NCBI RefSeq assembly: GCF_964204645.1 | Contig: NC_134031.1 | Coordinates: forward strand, 21,510,017 to 21,574,016 | DNA from: Tubulanus polymorphus | Taxonomy: Eukaryota > Animalia > Nemertea | Length of the DNA stretch: 64,000 nucleotides | Direction of reading: 5' to 3' | In this document: positions 45,001 to 56,785 of the stretch, one piece after another | Position numbering within the stretch: position 1 is the stretch's first letter | Layout: every line of letters begins with the position of its first letter | Translations under genes and position numbers: made by a program | The notes under the pieces: model-generated | What the model saw: only the letters and a program-made list of their open reading frames with translations | The model's database searches: none | What the model was told of the DNA's origin: nothing

Positions 45001-48000
45001 TGCAAAATAGGGTCCTAAAGATGATGAATTCTATCTTAATTGATGGGTTAGGGTGAACTGAATTGATTTCAAATAGATAGGTGGAAAGAATCAGAATTTT
45101 CTGGCTGCCTTTGGTTCTGAAGATGATGGACTCAATCTGAAAAGATGGGCTAAGGCGTATTGAACTGATTTCAAATAGATAGGTGGAAAGATTAAGAATT
45201 TTCTGGCTATTTATGCTCCTGAAGATGATGGACTCGATCTGAAATGATAGGTTAAGGTAAACTGAACTGATTTCGAGTAGATGGACTGAAAGATACAGAT
45301 TTTTCTTGCAAAATAGGGTCCTAAAGATGATGAATTCTATCTTAATTGATGGGTTAGGGTGTACTGAACTGATTTCAAATAGATAGGTTGAAAGATTAAG
45401 AATTTTCTGGCTGCTTTTGGTTCTGAAGATGATGGATTCAATCTGAAAAGATGTGTTAAGGTGTATTGAACTGATTTCAAATAGATAGGTGGAAAGATTA
45501 AGAATTTTCTGGCTATTTATGCTCCTGAAGATGATGGACTCGATCTGAAATGATAGGTTAAGGTAAACTGAACTGATTTCGAGCAGATGGACTGAAAGAT
45601 ACAGATTTTTCTTGCAAAATAGGGTCCTAAAGATGATGAGTTCTATCTTAATTGATGGGTTAGGGTGTACTGAACTGATTTCAAATAGATAGATTGAAAG
45701 AATCAGAATTTTCTGGCTGCTTTTGGTTCTGAAGATGATGGATTCAATCTGAAAAGATGTGTTAAGGCGTATTGAACTGATTTCAAATAGATAGGTGGAA
45801 AGATTAAGAATTTTCTGGCTATTTATGCTCCTGAAGATGATGGACTCGATCTGAAATGATAGGTTAAGGTAAACTGAACTGATTCCGAGCAGATGGACTG
45901 AAAGATACAGATTTTTCTTGCAAAATAGGGTCCTAAAGATGATGAGTTCTATCTTAATTGATGGGTTAGGGTGTACTGAACTGATTTCAAATAGATAGGT
46001 GGAAAGATTAAGAATTTTCTGGTTATTTATGCTCCTGAAGATGATGGACTCGATCTGAAATGATAGGTTAAGGTAAACTGAACTGATTTCGAGTAGATGG
46101 ACTGAAAGATACAGATTTTTCTTGCAAAATAGGGTCCTAAAGATGATGAGTTCAATCTTAATTGATGGGTTAGGTTGTACTGAACTGATTTCAAATAGAT
46201 AGGTGGAAAGATTAAGAATTTTCTGGTTATTTATGCTCCTGAAGATGATGGACTCGATCTGAAATGATAGGTTAAGGTAAACTGAACTGATTTCGAGTAG
46301 ATGGACTGAAAGATACAGATTGTTCTTGCAAAATAGGGTCCTAAAGATGATGAATTCTATTTTAATTGATGGGTTAGGTTGTACTGAACTGATTTCAAAT
46401 AGATAGGTTGAAAGAATCAGAATTTTCTGGCTGCTTTTGGTTCTGAAGATGATGGATTCAATCTGAAAAGATGTGTTAAGGCGTATTGAACTGATTTAAA
46501 ATAGATAGGTGGAAAGATTAAGAATTTTCTGGCTATTTATGCTCCTGAAGATGATGGACTCGATCTGAAATGATAGGTTAAGGTAGACTGAACTGATTTC
46601 GAGTAGATGGACTGAAAGATACAGATTTTTCTTGCAAAATAGGGTCCTAAAGATGATGAATTCTATCTTAATTGATGGGTTAGGTTGTACTGAACTGATT
46701 TCAAATAGATAGGTTAAAAGAATCAGAATTTTCTGGCTGCTTTTGGTTCTGAAGATGATGGATTCAATCTGAAAAGATGTGTTAAGGCGTATTGAACTGA
46801 TTTAAAATAGATAGGTGGAAAGATTAAGAATTTTCTGGCTATTTATGCTCCTGAAGATGATGGACTCGATCTGAAATGATAGGTTAAGGTAGACTGAACT
46901 GATTTCGAGTAGATGGACTGAAAGATACAGATTTTTCTTGCAAAATAGGGTCCTAAAGATGATGAATTCTATCTTAATTGATGGGTTAGGGTGAACTGAA
47001 TTGATTTCAAATAGATAGGTGGAAAGAATCAGAATTTTCTGGCTGCCTTTGGTTCTGAAGATGATGGACTCAATCTGAAAAGATGGGCTAAGGCGTATTG
47101 AACTGATTTCAAATAGATAGGTGGAAAGATTAAGAATTTTCTGGCTATTTATGCTCCTGAAGATGATGGACTCGATCTGAAATGATAGGTTAAGGTAAAC
47201 TGAACTGATTTCGAGTAGATGGACTGAAAGATACAGATTTTTCTTGCAAAATAGGGTCCTAAAGATGATGAATTCTATCTTAATTGATGGGTTAGGGTGT
47301 ACTGAACTGATTTCAAATAGATAGGTTGAAAGATTAAGAATTTTCTGGCTGCTTTTGGTTCTGAAGATGATGGATTCAATCTGAAAAGATGTGTTAAGGT
47401 GTATTGAACTGATTTCAAATAGATAGGTGGAAAGATTAAGAATTTTCTGGCTATTTATGCTCCTGAAGATGATGGACTCGATCTGAAATGATAGGTTAAG
47501 GTAAACTGAACTGATTTCGAGCAGATGGACTGAAAGATACAGATTTTTCTTGCAAAATAGGGTCCTAAAGATGATGAGTTCTATCTTAATTGATGGGTTA
47601 GGGTGTACTGAACTGATTTCAAATAGATAGGTTGAAAGAATCAGAATTTTCTGGCTGCTTTTGGTTCTGAAGATGATGGATTCAATCTGAAAAGATGTGT
47701 TAAGGCGTATTGAACTGATTTCAAATAGATAGGTGGAAAGATTAAGAATTTTCTGGCTATTTATGCTCCTGAAGATGATGGACTCGATCTGAAATGATAG
47801 GTTAAGGTAAACTGAACTGATTCCGAGCAGATGGACTGAAAGATACAGATTTTTCTTGCAAAATAGGGTCCTAAAGATGATGAGTTCTATCTTAATTGAT
47901 GGGTTAGGGTGTACTGAACTGATTTCAAATAGATAGGTGGAAAGATTAAGAATTTTCTGGTTATTTATGCTCCTGAAGATGATGGACTCGATCTGAAATG

Positions 48001-51000
48001 ATAGGTTAAGGTAAACTGAACTGATTTCGAGTAGATGGACTGAAAGATACAGATTTTTCTTGCAAAATAGGGTCCTAAAGATGATGAGTTCAATCTTAAT
48101 TGATGGGTTAGGTTGTACTGAACTGATTTCAAATAGATAGGTGGAAAGATTAAGAATTTTCTGGTTATTTATGCTCCTGAAGATGATGGACTCGATCTGA
48201 AATGATAGGTTAAGGTAAACTGAACTGATTTCGAGTAGATGGACTGAAAGATACAGATTGTTCTTGCAAAATAGGGTCCTAAAGATGATGAATTCTATCT
48301 TAATTGATGGGTTAGGGTGTACTGAACTGATTTCAAATAGATAGGTTGAAAGAATCAGAATTTTCTGGCTGCTTTTGGTTCTGAAGATGATGGATTCAAT
48401 CTGAAAAGATGTGTTAAGGCGTATTGAACTGATTTAAAATAGATAGGTGGAAAGATTAAGAATTTTCTGGCTATTTATGCTCCTGAAGATGATGGACTCG
48501 ATCTGAAATGATAGGTTAAGGTAGACTGAACTGATTTCGAGTAGATGGACTGAAAGATACAGATTTTTCTTGCAAAATAGGGTCCTAAAGATGATGAGTT
48601 CTATCTTAATTGATGGGTTAGGGTGAACTGAACTGATTTCAAATAGATAGGTGGAAAGAATCAGAATTTTCTGGCTGCCTTTGGTTCTGAAGATGATGGA
48701 CTCAATCTGAAAAGATGGGCTTAGGCGTATTGAACTGATTTCAAATAGATAGGTGGAAAGATTAAGAATTTTCTGGCTATTTATGCTCCTGAAGATGATG
48801 GACTCGATCTGAAATGATAGGTTAAGGTAAACTGAACTGATTTCGAGTAGATGGACTGAAAGATACAGATTTTTCTTCCAAAATAGGGTCCTAAAGATGA
48901 TGAATTCTATCTTAATTGATGGGTTAGGGTGTACTGAACTGATTTCAAATAGATAGGTTGAAAGAATCAGAATTTTCTGGCTGCTTTTGGTTCTGAAGAT
49001 GATGGATTCAATCTGAAAAGATGTGTTAAGGCGTATTGAACTGATTTCAAATAGATAGGTGGAAAGATTAAGAATTTTGTGGCTATTTATGCTCCTGAAG
49101 ATGATGGACTCGATCTGAAATGATAGGTTAAGGTAGACTGAACTGATTTCGAGTAGATGGACTGAAAGATTCAGATTTTTCTTGCAAAATAGGGTCCTAA
49201 AGATGATGAGTTCTATCTTAATTGATGGGTTAGGGTGTACTGAACTGATTTCAAATAGATAGGTTGAAAGAATCAGAATTTTCTGGCTGCTTTTGGTTCT
49301 GAAGATGATGGATTCAATCTGAAAAGATGTGTTAAGGCGTATTGAACTGATTTCAAATAGATAGGTGGAAAGATTAAGAATTTTGTGGCTATTTATGCTC
49401 CTGAAGATGATGGACTCGATGTGAAATGATAGGTTAAGGTAGACTGAACTGATTTCGAGTAGATGGACTGAAAGATACAGATTTTTCTTGCAAAATAGGG
49501 TCCTAAAGATGATGAATTCTATCTTAATTGATGGGTTAGGGTGAACTGAACTGATTTCAAATAGATGGGTGGAAAGAATCAGAATTTTCTGGCTGCCTTT
49601 GGTTCTGAAGATGATGGACTCAATCTGAAAAGATGGGCTGAGGCGTATTGAACTGATTTCAAATAGATAGGTGGAAAGATTAAGAATTTTCTGGCTATTT
49701 ATGCTCCTGAAGATGATGGACTCGATCTGAAATGATAGGTTAAGGTAAACTGAACTGATTTCGAGTAGATGGACTGAAAGATACAGATTTTTCTTGCAAA
49801 ATAGGGTCTTAAAGATGATGAATTCTATCTTAATTGATGGGTTAGGTTGTACTGAACTGATTTCAAATAGATAGGTTAAAAGAATCAGAATTTTCTGGCT
49901 GCTTTTGGTTCTGAAGATGATGGATTCAATCTGAAAGGATGTGTTAAGGCGTATTGAACTGATTTAAAATAGATAGGTGGAAAGATTAAGAATTTTCTGG
50001 CTATTTATGCTCCTGAAGATGATGGACTCGATCTGAAATGATAGGTTAAGGTAGACTGAACTGATTTCGAGTAGATGGACTGAAAGATACAGATTTTTCT
50101 TGCAAAATAGGGTCCTAAAGATGATGAGTTCTATCTTAATTGATGGGTTAGGGTGAACTGAACTGATTTCAAATAGATAGGTGGAAAGATTAAGAATTTT
50201 CTGGCTGCCTTTGGTTCTGAAGATGATGGACTCAATCTGAAAAGATGGGCTAAGGCGTATTGAACTGATTTCAAATAGATAGGTGGAAAGATTAAGAATT
50301 TTCTGGCTATTTATGCTCCTGAAGATGATGGACTCGATCTGAAATGATAGGTTAAGGTAAACTGAACTGATTTCGAGTAGATGGACTGAAAGATACAGAT
50401 TTTTCTTGCAAAATAGGGTCCTAAAGATGATGAATTCTATCTTAATTGATGGGTTAGGGTGTACTGAACTGATTTCAAATAGATAGGTTGAAAGATTAAG
50501 AACTTTCTGGCTGCTTTTGGTTCTGAAGATGATGGATTCAATCTAAAAAGATGGGTTAAGGCGTATTGAACTGATTTCAAATGGATAGGTGGAAAGATTA
50601 AGAATTTTCTGGCTATTTATGCTCCTGAAGATGATGGACTCGATCTGAAATGATAGGTTAAGGTAAACTGAACTGATTTCGAGTAGATGGACAGAAAGAT
50701 ACAGATTTTTCTTGCAAAATAGGGTCCTAAAGATGATGAATTCTATCTTAATTGATGGGTTAGGGTGAACTGAATTGATTTCAAATAGATAGGTGGAAAG
50801 AATCAGAATTTTCTGGCTGCCTTTGGTTCTGAAGATGATGGACTCAATCTGAAAAGATGGGCTAAGGCGTATTGAACTGATTTAAAATAGATAGGTGGAA
50901 AGATTAAGAATTTTCTGGCTATTTATGCTCCTGAAGATGATGGACTCGATCTGAAATGATAGGTTAAGGTAAACTGAACTGATTTCGAGTAGATGGACTG

Positions 51001-53974
51001 AAAGATACAGATTTTTCTTGCAAAATAGGGTCCTAAAGATGATGAATTCTATCTTAATTGATGGGTTAGGGTGTACTGAACTGATTTCAAATAGATAGGT
51101 TGAAAGATTAAGAATTTTCTGGCTGCTTTTGGTTCTGAAGATGATGGATTCAATCTGAAAAGATGTGTTAAGGCGTATTGAACTGATTTCAAATAGATAG
51201 GTGGAAAGATTAAGAATTTTCTGGCTATTTATGCTCCTGAAGATGATGGACTCGATCTGAAATGATAGGTTAAGGTAAACTGAACTGATTCCGAGCAGAT
51301 GGACTGAAAGATACAGATTTTTCTTGCAAAATAGGGTCCTAAAGATGATGAGTTCTATCTTAATTGATGGGTTAGGGTGTACTGAACTGATTTCAAATAG
51401 ATAGGTGGAAAGATTAAGAATTTTCTGGTTATTTATGCTCCTGAAGATGATGGACTCGATCTGAAATGATAGGTTAAGGTAAACTGAACTGATTTCGAGT
51501 AGATGGACTGAAAGATACAGATTTTTCTTGCAAAATAGGGTCCTAAAGATGATGAGTTCAATCTTAATTGATGGGTTAGGTTGTACTGAACTGATTTCAA
51601 ATAGATAGGTGGAAAGATTAAGAATTTTCTGGTTATTTATGCTCCTGAAGATGATGGACTCGATCTGAAATGATAGGTTAAGGTAAACTGAACTGATTTC
51701 GAGTAGATGGACTGAAAGATACAGATTTTTCTTGCAAAATAGGGTCCTAAAGATGATGAATTCTATCTTAATTGATGGGTTAGGGTGTACTGAACTGATT
51801 TCAAATAGATAGGTTGAAAGAATCAGAATTTTCTGGCTGCTTTTGGTTCTGAAGATGATGGATTCAATCTGCAAAGATGTGTTAAGGCGTATTGAACTGA
51901 TTTCAAATAGATAGGTGGAAAGATTAAGAATTTTCTGGCTATTTATGCTCCTGAAGATGATGGACTCGATCTGAAATGATAGGTTAAGGTAAACTGAACT
52001 GATTTCGAGTAGATGGACTGAAAGATACAGATTTTTCTTGCAAAATAGGGTCCTAAAGATGATGAATTCTATCTTAATTGATGGGTTAGGGTGTACTGAA
52101 CTGATTTCAAATGGATAGGTGGAAAGATTAAGAATTTTCTGGCTATTTATGCTCCTGAAGATGATGGACTCGATCTGAAATGATAGGTTAAGATAAACTG
52201 AACTGATTTCGAGTAGATGGACTGAAAGATACAGATTTTTCTTGCAAAATATGGTCCTAAAGATGATGAGTTCTATCTTAATTGATGGGTTAGGGTGTAC
52301 TGAACTGATTTCAAATAGATAGGTTGAGAGAATCAGAATTTTCTGGCTGCTTTTGGTTCTGAAGATGATGGATTCAATCTGAAAAGATGTGTTAAGGCGT
52401 ATTGAACTGATTTCAAATAGATAGGTGGAAAGATTAAGAATTTTCTGGCTATTTATGCTCCTGAAGATGATGGACTCGTTCTGAAATGATAGGTTAAGGT
52501 AAACTGAACTGATTTCGAGCAGATGGACTGAAAGATACAGATTTTTCTTGCAAAATAGGGTCCTAAAGATGATGAGTTCTATCTTAATTGATGGGTTAGG
52601 GTGTACTGAACTGATTTCAAATAGATAGGTTGAAAGAATCAGAATTTTCTGGCTGCTTTCGGTTCTGAAGATGATGGATTCAATCTGAAAAGATGTGTTA
52701 AGGCGTATTGAACTGATTTCAAATAGATAGGTGGAAAGATTAAGAATTTTCTGGCTATTTATGCTCCTGAAGATGATGGACTCGATCTGAAATGATAGGT
52801 TAAGGTAAACTGAACTGATTTCGAGCAGATGGACTGAAAGATACAGATTTTTCTTGCAAAATAGGGTCCTAAAGATGATGAGTTCTATCTTAATTGATGG
52901 GTTAGGGTGTACTGAACTGATTTCAAATAGATAGGTTGAAAGAATCAGAATTTTCTGGCTGCTTTTGGTCCTGAAGATGATGGATTCAATCTGAAAAGAT
53001 GTGTTAAGGCGTATTGAACTGATTTCAAATAGATAGGTGGAAAGATTAAGAATTTTCTGGCTATTTATGCTCCTGAAGATGATGGACTCGATCTGAAATG
53101 ATAGGTTAAGGTAGACTGAACTGATTTCGAGTAGATGGACTGAAAGATACAGATTTTTCTTGCAAAATAGGGTCCTAAAGATGATGAGTTCTATCTTAAT
53201 TGATGGGTTAGGGTGTACTGAACTGATTTCAAATAGATAGGTTGAAAGAATCAGAATTTTCTGGCTGCTTTTGGTTCTGAAGATGATGGCTTCAATCTGA
53301 AAAGATGGGTTAAGGCGTATTGAACTGATGTCAAATAGATAGGTGGAAAGATTAAGAATTTTCTGGCTATTTATGCTCCTGAAGATGATGGACTCGATCT
53401 GAAATGATAGGTTAAGGTAGACTGAACTGATTTCGAGTAGATGGACTGAAAGATACAGATTTTTCTTGCAAAATAGGGTCCTAAAGATGATGAATTCTAT
53501 CTTAATTGATGGGTTAGGGTGAACTGAACTGATTTCAAATAGATGGGTGGAAAGAATCAGAATTTTCTGGCTGCCTTTGGTTCTGAAGATGATGGACTCA
53601 ATGTGAAAAGATGGGCTGAGGCGTATTGAACTGATTTCAAATAGATAGGTGGAAAGATTAAGAATTTTCTGGCTATTTATGCTCCTGAAGATGATGGACT
53701 CGATCTGAAATGATAGGTTAAGGTAGACTGAACTGATTTCGAGTAGATGGACTGAAAGATACAGATTTTTCTTGCAAAAAAGGGTCCTAAAGATGATGAG
53801 TTCTATCTTAATTGATGGGTTAGGGTGTACTGAACTGATTTCAAATAGATAGGTTGAAAGATTAAGAACTTTCTGGCTGCTTTTGGTTCTGAAGATGATT
53901 GATTCAATCTGAAAAGATGGGTTAAGGCGTATTGAACTGATTTCAAATGGATAGGTGGAAAGAATCAGAATTTT
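1..53974. repeat. Subtelomeric satellite array: about 529 monomers of 102 bp in three types (A 1-102, C 103-204, B 205-306), mostly as 306-bp trimers with A-C 204-bp drop-out variants
   Basis: AGATTAAGAATTTTCTGGCTATTTATGCTCC recurs at 1, 307, 613 and onward. All monomers share TGAACTGATTTC and AAGATGATG. The antisense translation shows a 34-aa period (102 nt). The array starts before the window. Confidence 0.98.
17970..52140. repeat. Two tandem copies of a ~17-kb higher-order satellite block (boundaries approximate)
   Basis: Rare variants recur at fixed offsets. Offset 17546: AAAAAAGGG 18378/35924 and CTGAG 21776/39322. Offset 16628: extra-T run 25913/42541 and CTGCAAAG 35241/51869. The 918-bp difference equals a local duplication in copy 1 (23093/24011). 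Confidence 0.85.
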
Positions 53975-54200
53975 AGGGTTAGGGTTAGGGTTAGGGTTAG
54001 GGTTAGGGTTAGGGTTAGGGTTAGGGTTAGGGTTAGGGTTAGGGTTAGGGTTAGGGTTAGGGTTAGGGTTAGGGTTAGGGTTAGGGTTAGGGTTAGGGTT
54101 AGGGTTAGGGTTAGGGTTAGGGTTAGGGTTAGGGTTAGGGTTAGGGTTAGGGTTAGGGTTAGGGTTAGGGTTAGGGTTAGGGTTAGGGTTAGGGTTAGGG
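53973..54200 (+). repeat. Telomeric tract (TTAGGG)38
   Basis: 228 bp of perfect TTAGGG between the satellite and the retroelement. Confidence 0.99.
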
Positions 54201-55147
54201 TTAGGTTTAGAGATAGAGGTTAGGGGACCAAACCGAAGGTTTGGAGACCCCACTAGTGCACGGGCAGCGGGTTATCCCTGTAAAAAAGTAGTGAGAGTTA
54301 ATTGTTGTAGTGAGGCGGTCTACGGGACGTTCATGCCTCGGGGCGTGTTCGTGTCGAGTCGTCGTATCCAGTCTTGTTCGGCTGCTTCGCGGATCGGTCT
54401 CGTGGAGCCTGGTAGGTGTTGGAGACCGTACACCCGAAAGTGTTCGCGGGTGTGGTCGACTTGGTTGAAGTGGTCCGAGACTGGAGTCGAATTCTTCGTT
54501 CTGATGCGTGAGACGTGATGAGTGACGCGTTCTCGTAGAGACATTCCGGTTTGGCCGACGTACAGCATGTTGCACTTGGTGCATTCGATGCAGTATACAA
54601 TTTCACGGGTCGCGCAATTAATTGTGCTGCGGATCGCGTGCATTTTGTTGTGGCTGCGGCAAACGGTTGTTTCTCGGACGAGTGGACACGTACGACATCT
54701 CGGTGTTCTGCATTTCTCGGTGCCTCGACGTCGGGTTGACGGAGTTCTTTGAGTAGACCTGGAAATAGAAGAATTGGAAACAACGGAAGTATTTCTGTTA
54801 CGATGCGGTGAAGAGGGGACTCGGGGAGGGGGTGGCTCCGTGGGTTTGAGCTGCGACGAAGTTAGGAGATCTTTGAGACTCTTGTGCTTGGTGTAGGCGG
54901 TGACCGTGGTTACCTCGTCAGACCGGCCGGTGGCCGTAGCCAGTTCCGTAAATCTGGTTCGGATGTTACGGGCTAGGGTTCGGTTGGCTTCGGAGTGAGG
55001 TAAGATAAGCGGTAAACGCTTTTTCGGCGGTTCGTCGGCCCGTTGTTGTTCTCGTAGATCTCGTTCGGCGTGGTGCCGTAGAGCTTGGCTTTTGATGTGT
55101 CGCAGTTCGCGGTCTTTGTAGCCACGACCTCTGAGTACTTTAAGGAC
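54199..55147 (-). repeat. 3' pseudo-LTR (direct repeat copy 1, 949 bp)
   Basis: Appears identical to 60540-61488 (offset 6341; the ORF track gives identical peptides in both copies). Confidence 0.93.
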
Positions 55148-56620
55148 GGTTCCGGACGCTGCGTGTAAGTCCGAATCGTTATTGCAGATGCGCCGGAACC
55201 GGAGAATTTGACTTTTAACTATACCGGAAAATGTGTGTTTAGGGTGAAACGAGGATCGATGTAGTAATTGATGCGAATCGGTTGGTTTGAAGTAGACTTT
55301 GGTGTCTACTGTGCCACTTGTCTCGAATCGCGGGCCTTTGAAAGTGGTTACGTCCAGGAAGTTGACGCTGGTGTCGCTGATTTCGAACTTGAGTTTGATG
55401 GATCGGCTCACTGTTTGTAGGACGTCGATGAATTGCATCAACGTTTCGCGGCCGTGTTCCCAAACTATGTAGATGTCGTCGATGAACCGAGCGTATAGCG
55501 ATGGTTGGAGTTCGCTTCTGGACAGACCTTCTTTTTCCCATTCGGCTACAAAGATATTGGCATAAGAAGGAGCAAAACGCTTACCCATTGCGGTACCTTT
55601 TACCTGTAAATATGTGTTTTCGTTAAAGTTAAAGTCATTTTTCTTCAGGCTGATTTCGAGTAGTTTCAGCAGCTCGGCATCCGGGCGTCCCGGGTTCGGG
55701 TTATCTCGGAGAGCTTGTCGGATGCTGGCGATACCCTCTTCGTGGGGGATGTTGGTGTAGAGCGAATCGATGTCCATGGTGACGAGTAACGCATCGGCGC
55801 TAAATTGTTTACCGGCCAAAATATCTAGAAAGTGGTTGGTATCTTTGACGTACGACGGGTGACCGCGGGCGATCGGCTGCAAATAGTAGTCGATCCATTC
55901 CGAAATTTCGTAGGTTTCGGAGCCGCAGTCGGAGACGATCGGTCTCCCCGGCGGTACGCGATCGGGTACCGTCCACTTCTCGCGTTCTTTATGGATTTTG
56001 GGAAGCAGATAGAACTGCCTCTGTTTCGGATTATCGGGCGGTAATAGATATTCGGCGGTTTTTAGCGGGATGATTTTTCGTCGAGCCATATTTTCGATGA
56101 TTTCGCGAATTTCTTCCCCGGTCTGTTCGAAGATCGGTTGCTGCAGCGGCTGATAATACTCGAGATCGGCTAGTTGGCGCATGGCTTCGTGGACGTAGTC
56201 GTCGCGGTCCATGATAACCGTAGCGGAACCCTTATCGGCGGCTTTGATGACAATATTAGTGTTGTCACGCAGCTGCTGGAGGGCTTCGCGTTCCTGTTTA
56301 GTGAGGTTATCATTTACGCGACGCGTATCCCTGGTTTGTTGAGCCAATTCGTGCGCGTCGTTGCAGAACCCGGCGATTACTGGTTCTATTTCATCCGGAG
56401 CCCAACTGCTGGGCAGACGGAAACGCGGAGCCTCGCGGTCCGGTTTGTCTCGGAAGTGATGGTCGAGTTTTACTAGCCGGTTGAATCGGCACACTCCCTT
56501 GGTGCGCTCGGTCGCGGCGGCATCAGAACCGATTTTTGGAGTCGGGCAATAAGTGAGGCCCTTTCGGAGTAGCTGATGTTGCGCCGGACTTAGGCGGAGT
56601 GAACGTGTGAGGTTGACCAC
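54320..56620 (-). CDS. ORF2: Penelope-type reverse transcriptase + CxxxxCxxC linker + GIY-YIG endonuclease (no proximal AUG; frame stays open up to 56812, overlapping the ORF1 end)
   Basis: Motifs: VVNL, KAADKG, FYLLPKIHK, PGRPIVS, TMDIDSLYTNIP, QVKGTAMG..FAPSYANIF, RFIDD, NFLDV, YFKPTD, HP, CRTPRCRTC, IVYCIECTKC..LYVGQT...R..HH...HF...E..WI. Confidence 0.96.
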   Translation of the reverse strand: MVNLTRSLRLSPAQHQLLRKGLTYCPTPKIGSDAAATERTKGVCRFNRLVKLDHHFRDKPDREAPRFRLPSSWAPDEIEPVIAGFCNDAHELAQQTRDTRRVNDNLTKQEREALQQLRDNTNIVIKAADKGSATVIMDRDDYVHEAMRQLADLEYYQPLQQPIFEQTGEEIREIIENMARRKIIPLKTAEYLLPPDNPKQRQFYLLPKIHKEREKWTVPDRVPPGRPIVSDCGSETYEISEWIDYYLQPIARGHPSYVKDTNHFLDILAGKQFSADALLVTMDIDSLYTNIPHEEGIASIRQALRDNPNPGRPDAELLKLLEISLKKNDFNFNENTYLQVKGTAMGKRFAPSYANIFVAEWEKEGLSRSELQPSLYARFIDDIYIVWEHGRETLMQFIDVLQTVSRSIKLKFEISDTSVNFLDVTTFKGPRFETSGTVDTKVYFKPTDSHQLLHRSSFHPKHTFSGIVKSQILRFRRICNNDSDLHAASGTVLKVLRGRGYKDRELRHIKSQALRHHAERDLREQQRADEPPKKRLPLILPHSEANRTLARNIRTRFTELATATGRSDEVTTVTAYTKHKSLKDLLTSSQLKPTEPPPPRVPSSPHRNRNTSVVSNSSISRSTQRTPSTRRRGTEKCRTPRCRTCPLVRETTVCRSHNKMHAIRSTINCATREIVYCIECTKCNMLYVGQTGMSLRERVTHHVSRIRTKNSTPVSDHFNQVDHTREHFRVYGLQHLPGSTRPIREAAEQDWIRRLDTNTPRGMNVP

Positions 56621-56748
56621 CGGGCTCCCGAGAGCGGTGACCGGATCGCGTCGCGCTTGGTTTGGTGCCGGTTCTTCGTGTTCGTCGGACCTGGAAATGG
56701 AAGAAATCAGAGAAGCATTGGTTAATTCCGGTTGATTTAACTCACCAA

Positions 56749-56785
56749 TAGTGGACCCGTTGGTCTCACTAATACTTAGTTTAAA
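56749..56785 (-). promoter_or_regulatory. Candidate -1 programmed ribosomal frameshift signal (U_UUA_AAC, 7-nt spacer, hairpin)
   Basis: TTTAAAC (56785-56779) is in X_XXY_YYZ register with ORF1, directly before its TAA. Hairpin TAGTG-A-GACC-AACG-GGTC-CACTA spans 56771-56749. ORF2 is in the -1 frame and open through the site. Confidence 0.8.

Noticed and set aside
1-53974. CRISPR array
   Set aside because: There are no unique spacers and no cas genes, and the context is eukaryotic telomeric DNA.
50882-54253. 1123-aa ORF (and the 330-aa ORF at 34254-35246) as real genes, including a TPR/TALE-like 34-aa repeat
   Set aside because: They are translations of telomere (PN)n and satellite sequence, begin at non-AUG codons, cross unrelated elements and show no TPR or TALE consensus.
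53955-54518. 187-aa (GL)n ORF
   Set aside because: It is a translation of TTAGGG repeats plus antisense PLE sequence.
54320-56620. Telomerase (TERT) gene
   Set aside because: It has the DKG motif and a C-terminal GIY-YIG domain, and no recognisable TERT T/CP/QFP motifs; it is a PLE RT.
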